NCBI GenBank assembly: GCA_000934665.2 | Contig: JYFJ02000903.1 | Location: forward strand, 1 to 64,000 | Reading direction: 5' to 3' | Source: Catajapyx aquilonaris | Taxonomy: Eukaryota | Length of the DNA: 64,000 nucleotides | In this document: positions 25,301 to 64,000 of the stretch, one piece after another | Layout of the letters: each line of letters opens with the position of its first letter | Position numbering within the stretch: the first letter of the stretch is position 1 | The notes under the pieces: model-generated | What the model was told of the DNA's origin: nothing | Databases searched by the model: none | Seen by the model: the letters and a program-made list of their open reading frames with translations, nothing else | Made by a program: the position numbers and the translations under genes

Positions 25301-28300
25301 TCGTAAAATGATGGGAAAATTCCTTTTGCCACCGCTGCGAAGGTGACAATTAGAAGGCGCCTCTGCCAGCCCGTGATCATGTCATAAATGTGATTCATGG
25401 CTGGCATCCAAGACTACGCTATTAGGCCAGAACCAGCGCGAAAGAAATGGGTTACTCACAAAAGCAGCTCATGGAGTACAATGTTAAGGAAATTTACTTC
25501 TAGAGCCAGTGGGTTAAAAAAAGAGGTTATCTCCCCTGCCAGTATTTTCAACGCCAAAGTGTGCCATAAAACCAAGTCTTAGTATGTTTGGAAGAGCCAC
25601 AAGGTAGCCGTAATATATGTGGGCGGCGTAAAGTTGTCAAGTCAACAAGTGTGCAAAATTGCTTTCAAGACGTGATCTAATTACGCGTCCACCCTGAACT
25701 ATCCTCCTTCGGTACTTAGATCAGGAGCACGTGCCCGAGACAGTTTTACGACACTTGTGGCCGGAAACTTTGAAGGGTACAGGTGTCCCGAACACCGAAG
25801 ATGCCTCTCTTGTACAGGGTGCGCGTGACTATGCATCATAAGCATGTTCCCTTGGGGAGAATAGCAGCTAGCTAGGGGGGATCGAACGGATTTTGTGTTG
25901 TGCTGCTAACTGCCCCATGCCATTATAACAGGCCATTGCTGTAATAGTATGGGAATTAGTCGGCGTTAGTAGTTAACGCACGCTATTCTCGTTTGTTGTG
26001 CTTATGGTGGCCACGGGCGATCCACTCGAGCGGTAGGTGTTGCTTGCTGCATAATTATGATTTTGCTCCGAGGTGGACCCTAGGATCCGCTTGTTTTCGG
26101 CTATTACTAGAGCCTGTACTGAAAGCGAAGTTATGCAAGGTGATACGCTGCCAAAGTACCCAGGTGAAGTTGAGGACTGTTTATCGCAGAAACTAGTCTC
26201 TAAATTATTATGAGTAGTTTTTCACTATGTTCACTATGTACGATGTTGTCCGTCGAAAGGCATCTGCCAACTAGCTTACTCAAATCCAGCAAGTGCTTGT
26301 TTTCCTTCAAATATGAGTGGAAATGTTAGTCAAATCGACGAATGATTGCTTAAAAATGGATTTCTTGAGTCAATTTCTGATGGAGAAGATTTTTCCACAA
26401 GGAATGGGCGTGTAGACCAATCTGATTGTGCAGAAAAGTACACAGATAAGTCGAAGAGAAGAGAAGTAAAAATCACGAAAAGCGAATGTGGATTTAATTC
26501 CAGGAATCCAACATGGAGTGTTTTGATAGGATTTAAAATTTATGCAAATAGAGTAATGTATAGTGGAAGAAGTTGCCTCTTCTAACGAGTAGAAAGTAAT
26601 TTGCTTATGCAAGCACTTCATTATGATCATACAATAACATGTATGAATCACAACTCGCAACTCATTATAGATTAACTATATAATTATTAGGTATTGCTAT
26701 CTGCCATAGAATGGCTTCTCCTGCCAATAGTCAGCTTGGTCTTGCTTGCTTGTCAATCTGCAAGATTTTCTGATGCAGGCTGTTCCCTTGCTTGGTTCTG
26801 TCACTTGCATGGGGTCTGCTAAACAAACTCCAGTTCCGTGCAGTTAAGGTTAGCCGGAAATGATGGCTGAAGCAACACTGGGAAACTAATTAACGCGTAG
26901 GATGGCATCAGGGCCCCCATCTTCTCAAAGTGATTCCACTGCTCCGGTTGCAAGTCGGATGACCCGGAACAGAAGAGTCATAGTATGTTTTCAAAATCCC
27001 TTCGGTTCCTCCGCTGGAAAGTGCGGTTTTGGAGAACATTCTAGTTAACTACACATCCGGAAGGTATAGTACTTCTAAGCCCACAGACTTCTTTCATTAG
27101 CAAATTCATACGGTTTCCCTTCAGGTGAAATCGATGGAAACCCTGCTGGTGTGCAATAGTCGTCTGCGTCTCAAGTTCAGATTGCTCTTATATGTATATA
27201 GAGGTAGTGGGGAAAATTTGGGGAAAACTCTGTGCGGAAAGTGAGCTCGTCTAATGGCAATTGGTCTGGCCACAAGTGTTGTGTTAATTGCGAACATTTA
27301 CTGTGAACTAGCCTGGAGGGATTCACTTCGGTTTCCGTGCGAATTTACACTTTCTGTGCTCTAGGCCGGTATACCGCGGTCTGTTGCATTATACCAAATC
27401 AGTGTCGTAGCCCTTGGGGGCAGGATAAATATCTGGAGTAATTTTAACAAGCTTAATTTCAAGCGTAGGTTGTTTGTGGGCACATTTTTTTTGAACTGTA
27501 CAGTGAGCATTAAAATGAATGTTCATGATTGAGATGGAACCCAGAACCATTTTACAAATTTTGTTTGAAGTACTGTAATTGGGTACAGCAGTTAGTTGCT
27601 GGTTTTTACCGCACGCAATAAAAACGCAAATGCGACTGAAAATGCGTCAAAAACATACGCTACATAACAGCTGTCGATGCTGCACACCAGCTGTACAGAA
27701 AGTCATGGAGACAATAAAGAATAGCTAATGACAGCACGTTGCTGCACTTTGTTCAATTATGCACAAAATGTTGACACTGTAAATGACATACCTTAAAACG
27801 AGCTGTACCCTGTTGGACCGATGAAAGCAAATGCCGCCTATTTGCACGTACTCTCCGATGTCAATTAGAACCCATTTAGTATTAATCAATGACATTATAG
27901 TCTGTCGACATTGTGAGTTTACGGGCTACTCGATCCCCCCCTCGCTACATTACGAAACGCCAAAATCAACCAAACATCGATCAAATTAGTGACTCAGGCC
28001 CCAAAATTGCATGCAGTTATTCTATAAGCAAACAAAATGAGAACGTTACTCTCTTTGTACCTGTTTTGGGGAGGGATGGTGTCAATAGTAAATTCAATGT
28101 TGGGGAGGGGGAAAAAGAGAGAAGTGGAATTAGGTCAGCCCTTTTATCCCTCGTAAATCCAGCAGCCGTTCATTTGCTAGTCCATCCAAATGGACGCACC
28201 TCTTTCAAGCAGGCACAGACTATTTGAATCCAATAAACTTGGATTTTAACGTGCAGAGGGGGTCGATCCTGGGTCAAAATTACAGTAACTTGAGTCTACG

Positions 28301-31300
28301 AAAAAAATAGGGAGAGGCTGTACAGTAATGTTGTTGTTCATCATGTCCCCTTAAGCATGAGAACTGGGTAAATAATAAACAACTGGCAAAACAGCTTCAG
28401 GGGTGAATAAAGTGACAATAAATAAATAAATCACTGTGTAATTTTGCAAATTTGATATGCATGGTTTCCTTTGTAGAAATAAATAACCTGCGTTGGATCT
28501 CGCGTACTGAGGATTTATGCGGGTATCATTAGTTCATGCAATTTTTATTCACTCCCGGCTCCTGATGCTGGCTGAAAAGCGGAGTTACTTTAAAAAAAAA
28601 TCAAATTAGAAATGTAGGTAGTGCTTCTCCCAGCCGCACGGCTCCGGAATATTGAGGATTATCCTAGCGAATTGCCCCAGGATGCCACAATCTAAAGTGG
28701 GTTAATAACTAAAGAACACGGAGGAACTTGATGAGGAGCCACAAGGCACGTTGGAAACCGCAAATGAAGCTCGTAGAGAAGGAAAGATTTCAACTATGAA
28801 GAAATCATTTTCTTAAATATTTCATTCCCTACTCTCTGCACTTGCTAACGGTAATAAGGTCAAACAATTATCGCATTGCCAAATGTCCGCGTAAATAAGT
28901 CAGGCGCCCACACGGGCACACTAATGTCCTAAAATCAGGGAAGGGTTGACCGACATTGTTGCCCATGAATTTGTTAAAGAGAGAGGGTTTCGTCGTCTGT
29001 GGCTGGGGAAGCTCCAACCAGTGATTTCCGGGTGGCGAATCCACAGCGGTCCCATAAATTCTCTTTTCCCCGCCTCTCCCAGTTGGCGTGTGTGGTGACT
29101 ACGACCACTGAAAAACTCTTTTCTTCCAATCCGAAAGAAAAGTGCAAAAAAATAGGTGTGCTGTATTAGGCCTTTAGAATCCCAAAAGGACCGAACCGCC
29201 ACCGAGCTGGTGATAAAATATCTTCCTCCTCTTCTATAGGAAATAGACCAGAATTTGGGCAGGTATATGCAGCCAAACTTCGATGGAGAGAAACAGCTGC
29301 CTGAAAACCGCCTTTTCGGCAATGGAATTACTTCTAGTTGTGCGGGTAGGGTTTCCGATCCTGACCGCGGCCAGAGTGTATAATAAAGTCATTTGCAGCA
29401 GGACATGCGAACAGGCTCTTGCACTCGGTTGGGTTTCTGAAACAGCGGGTGGTAGAATCTGCAGCAGCCGGCTTCTTGCACACCGAAAAAATTTATAACA
29501 CTGCTAGAATATTTTACTGTAGCATGTTTCAAGCTGAAGCTAGTTTTTTCCGCTCCAATTTTTTCAAGCAAATTGTTGCAATTGCCTGTTAAGAGGCTAT
29601 CCTGGAAAGGAAAGAGGCTTTATTGGACTTGATCCATCTGTTACCTGTCAGAGTCAAACTGGCTCGCTTATTGGAAAACCATTAATGATCTGCGAATGGA
29701 TTAATCGCGGTGGAAAGTTCGAACCCGAATCTGGCGATAAATGGCGATACTTTTTTGGGGGGAAAGTACCAAGGGCGTTTGTTGGACGCACCAAGAGCTG
29801 GTGGTGAGTGGCGGAATTCGAGATGAGGGATTTCGAGCCAGTGTGAATATTGACGCTCGATCGGAATTGAAGCCCAATTCCGAAGGAAGCCGAGGCCCGA
29901 TCAATTTCGGGAGGCAGCCAATACCGACCTCACTCACACCTGACCTTTTTTTTTCCTGGGGTGGGTCTGTTTCAGGCCTAACCCTAGCGGCTAATCAGGC
30001 CTGTTTCCTCCTCAATACTTGTCCCTATGCCCGACGGCTATTATAAGCAGACTACTCTTTCATGCGGCTAATCTCCTTACCGTCTCGCAGCCGCCAATCG
30101 ATATCTAATGTGTTATTCAATGTGTTCATAATTTATCGAGTTTACCTACACAGTCGCCGCAAAAATAGCTCCGGAGAACCTTTTTTGCATAAGGTGCCCC
30201 GAAGGTGCGAATGATAGTTTCGAGTAACTTCTGCTTGCTTCGGGGGCTGCTGAACTTGTGGTGAAATGTTGAGGAATATTGATGATGCCAAAATACAGCA
30301 TCACACTATATTGGTGATAGTCTCATGCGTTAATAATACTGCTTACAAGTTAATGCCATGGTGAAATCTACTCATTTTATTTCATTCGACCGAATTTGCC
30401 CAATCGGAAATAGGAGATGAAATAATATGGGAAAATTGAGATGCAGAGTTTGTCAGGGTGTAGTCTACTTGTAAAATGGAGATGGAGGAGAACGAGGGAA
30501 ATGGAGATTTTGAAGGAGCATCTGAAAATGAGGCGTTAGGGATGAAGCAGAAAGGCGTGGGAGCAGAGTCGATCAACACTCATCGATTCCCAATTTGTTA
30601 CAGCCTGTGATAGTCTGCAAAGAAAGAGAGCTTTCGTGGAGGAAATGGGACGATTATCGACGCGAGGAAACATATGGCCTAATAGCAATTGCGTCATGCG
30701 ACGACTCCTATCATTTAGTTTGTTCACGCTACTTTTCTCATTATTGTCTGGAGTTTTTAGACATAACGAAGTCAATCATTGAAAGTGTTTTTTTTCAGTG
30801 TTTTTTTTTCTCTCACTCTGCTATAGAAACAGCTCGGTTTTGTATTGAACGGCATCGATGGCAAACAATTGCGCTGCCACTGTCCATTTGGTTCACGGTT
30901 TTTGGGGTTTGTTCTCGTGTCCCGTACCCACAGACAGGTGGAATCCACCGTAAACTTGATCCGAACCGATGGAAACCAACGGATTTGTGCCGGTATGGCG
31001 TGCTGTGCCCGGACTAATTCCAACCACCCGAGGCTGCCTGTTGAATGTTTACTCTTCCGGTTTCCATCAACTATGGCTGATGCATTTGGAAACCTCCGGT
31101 CAAAGCCCACGCAACAAGCAGAATAAAACACCAGGGCTTCTCCTATTCATTGAATCGCATTTATAGAGCCATGAAGGAAAGAAGAGTGTGATGATGTGAA
31201 ACGCAGACAGTGACATCAGAACATTGTTTTTTCCCCTCGAGTGCGACTCTCCCCTTGTTTTCCTTTCGCACTGATGACACTTTGTTGTCTTTGCGCCTAG

Positions 31301-32468
31301 GGATTTGCGGATGTGTGGGAAACCCACTTTTTTGGGATTATCTCCTTTTCCCTAGTCCCATAATGAGCATTATGTGGTCGCCAAACTCTGGGTGCATTAG
31401 GCGACCTAGTTGGTTAGCATCCTGGTGTTATCTCGGAGTCCAAGTCTAGCTGCAGAATATCGGTTGCGTTTGTAGTTGCGCAGGATGTTCAGTATACTGT
31501 ACAGTGCAGATCTATACGAGAGAAAAATTAAATTATATGGCACAATGTTTATTTTCTACTAACATTGATGCAACTCGATTGTGAACATATTATTGAAGCT
31601 ATTTTTGTAACCAGAAGTGCAGTCGGATGGGTCTCTTTCTACATTTTTCAAGTCAGAAGATTCTTTGTCTGCGCTATTTTTCTCGATGCTGTATATTGAA
31701 AGGTATCCGATGAAAGTCTTGCGAAAATTCTGTTTCATCTCTTGTGCAAGGGAAACCTATAATATTCACGTTCTCTCCGTGAGGCAATCTGCAGAAAAGT
31801 TAATTTTGCTCGTGTAGATTTGAGAGGTACCACTTGTTATTTGATAGGCTATTTTTTCCCTGTGTGATGAAATAAATGCCTCGGTGTTAAACCCAACAAC
31901 CCAGGATATGTAATGGCCCTTTGAGAGTTTATCATTTTTTTCCCCGCAGCAATTTCGTGCGACAATTTTGTTGCTCAAAGTATGGGAAATATCCGACGCG
32001 GATAATAAACTTCCAGCAGTCAGGAAATTACAGTCGTCTGTAACATGTTGTGCTCACTACAGACCAGTAGTTTTAGTTGCCGGTCTGGCCACAAAAAAGT
32101 ACATTAGAAGAGATATATTAGAGTGGTAACGATATATCTACTTCCAGCATGAGGGCAATACTTTTCTGATCCACAAGCGTATATGCTGCACACAGTCACG
32201 CAATTATTTTCTTGATATATATGCATAGCGAATTCACTGCCATTAATAAGGTCACGAGCTTGTAGTATGCAACTAACTTATAATAAATCAAAAATAATGT
32301 TCCACAGAAATGTTGTATTTTAGTGCTTTTATGATCAAAGGTTATAATTCAGAATTGCAACATGTCATGTTGATTTTTCAGAGTTCGTGGGAGAACGACT
32401 GTTTTCAAAATGTTCACGTTGTTTTTATTCTCCTAATAATGACCTAAATAAAATTGGTTCCACTGTGC

Positions 32469-32576
<108 letters not shown>

Positions 32577-33937
32577 GGCCTCAATGGTATGCACGAAATC
32601 GGAATCGGTCATATTTCGGCACACATGGAATGGACGTAAATATCCGCACGAGTGTTGCTGATGGGTTCCTGACCCTTGGGACTGCATGTTTAACTTGCAG
32701 TAAATGTGCCCACTCATGCTTGCTTTAGCCACAAATATTGGTCCAGATGGTGATCGACCATTGCAACACCAATTTTGAAACCCTTTCTGTGAAGAGGACA
32801 ATTTTTATCAGCTCTTTAAAAATGCAGACTTCTTGTTGGCACATGCAGCTTACCACGTAGTCACTGCACTGATGCTTTGAAAATTTCAAATTATATTCAT
32901 ATTGTTACATTGTTGGATGGGATAATATTTGGCATGTAACGTAAAATTATTTACGATAATCGTTCGAACATACAGTTGCCGATTCCATGTACTGCAGGCC
33001 TCATGAATGATTAACCGCACATGTTTATTTTGCAGAGCACTTCACAGGTGTGAAACTCTTCATCAAGTGAGATAACTTTGTTAAAATACCAGTGAAAGCG
33101 TAGCTTCAGCAATATGAGCACACTACTAAGTCTCATGGTGTCTTAACAGCACCCTTGTCTTGGTCCACTGGTGCAATTTTCGACAAGTCATGAAAAGCCG
33201 AATGTGGTTAAAATGTCCAATAATAATACTAGGAAGGCAGATATCGTGAATACGCAGCGAGCAAGAGTAGGCCAACATTGTTCATATACTCTGGGGAAAT
33301 TTAAGGTACATGTTGGAGGAGCTGTTAAAACAACATGGTGGCGTGCAGAAAATTGCGAAAGTTGTTTGGAAAGGCCACGGGAGAGAGAGGTGGAAGCAAA
33401 GAGCAGTTTGCTTGATTCAACCACTTGCTCCGCAAAGTGAAGTCAGATGAATTTATGACTCTGTAGAGGAGAAGGCAATTCCTTTGTCACACATTTTTTG
33501 GGGGAGTTATAGCATGCTGCTCTGTTGCGCATAATGAATTGACTGCTGGAAACGGATGAGTTATGCATGTTGGGTAAATGTTTATTGGAGAGAGTGGCTG
33601 TATTCCTATAGTTACAGCAGGTCTACCTAAATGTTGAATAGGCGGATAAATGGAATTCGCCTCTTCAAATTTTAAAGTGCATTGTAACTTGTTGCATCGA
33701 TTTTAATGGAATTTAACTATTCAGCATCTTCATTTGTATATAACTGTGTGTGACCAGCAAATGTAAGGGTTAAATAGAGAACAAATGCTGGTTCACTTGC
33801 ATTCAAAATCTTCTTCAATAATGGCCTACTGTTTGACACACCTTCAACTCAAATTCCCACCTCAACTATGACTGTATTTCGACTTCTTCATTCATTTTAC
33901 TTCCATTGCTAACCACACTGATTTTGTCTGGTTTCAG

Positions 33938-62862
<28,925 letters not shown>

Positions 62863-64000
62863 TAATTATATATTTACCTCATTTTTGAAAACAGGCGTAA
62901 GTTGTCAGTAACGTATAACATGTTCGGATAATTTAGACTCTTCAGAGAGGTTCTGAGTGAGATTCGACAAACAGCAGCTGCTGGGATAGAAACAAACCGA
63001 TTAGTCGGCTGCTATTTGCAGGCGAAAGGTGCCCTGCGAGGGGTACACCGAACTATTAATTTGTTAGTAGTCCAGAGCACTGTAGAGTAATCGCATGGAG
63101 GGTTACACCTTACTGGGGTGGTGTGATAAGGGACCACTTGGCGCCCACGGATTACTGCTGATTAAACGAAGCACTAATTCACACGCCTGTGCTACAGGGT
63201 TTCTATTTACACATTGCCATTTTGACCCAATATTTCGATGCCAACTAGACTAAGATGGTATGCGATCTATTTTTAATCAGAAGCATTTGCGTGGAAACAT
63301 ATGAAAAAACCGTATCACGATCGGCTGTGCTGGAGGAAATTGAATCCGAAACTTGTGCAAAAGTACAGGGTGTTCTGAAAGTACTACCAGCTGCGGTAGA
63401 AATAACTCACATTTCCCTACAAGCTGAGGCGACTTGACGAATTCCGCGATACTCTTTGTCCGGACCGGTTATGGAGTCTGATGGAATTGAGAAAAGTGTG
63501 AGGGTAAAATCGAGACTGGAAATTGGAGGATGCAGAGTCCGACTGCTGAAGAAAAACTTTTTTTGGCGAAATCGTTATGCAGCAAAGAGCGCGAACCGGA
63601 GGAAGGCTGCGGCTGAATTACCAAGTCATCTTTCTAATTCGATGAGATCCATTAGCTTTCCAGTAATCAACTCCTTCCATGGGAGGAGGGAGAAGTAAAT
63701 GGAATCCATCCCACTCGTCAGAGTTCAAGAAGATTTCCCTCTTTGCTGCAGATTAATGCAGGCTCCAATTTGCCAAGATGTAAAGGGCAGACCTCTCTGA
63801 TTTGCGTGCATCGTTAATTTTCAAGTGCCAATTTCGAAACACGATATTATAAGCGCAATCGAATTTTGATGTTGTACTTCACACTGCTGCTTTCAATATG
63901 CCAGAAGCTAGAGTGGATCCAGCCTGGCCATTTTTGGAGAATAATTACTTGCATTAATATTATCAGTTCTGGGTAACTGAAATAGCCCCCAGTTGTTTGG

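Overview
Eukaryotic genomic DNA, most likely from an arthropod or other invertebrate (spliceosomal GT-AG introns, a TTAGG-type repeat, and a receptor resembling Drosophila mGluRA). The only well-supported protein-coding gene is a + strand metabotropic glutamate receptor (class C GPCR, group II-like). Five coding exons can be reconstructed by hand: 34511-35355, 38361-38863, 54260-54366, 57436-57567 and 62026-62841. They splice in frame to 2403 nt (801 codons), covering the signal peptide, Venus flytrap domain, 9-Cys domain and TM1-TM6. TM7 and the C-terminal tail are not found and presumably lie beyond 64000. The first ~34 kb and the introns are non-coding. They hold two ~125-bp fold-back MITE-like elements, microsatellites and poly-G tracts. 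The putative 5' UTR has many uORFs and a G-quadruplex-like tract. The other ORFs in the supplied track show no recognisable protein features. I see no convincing new biological system; the best leads concern regulation of the mGluR transcript and the hairpin elements.
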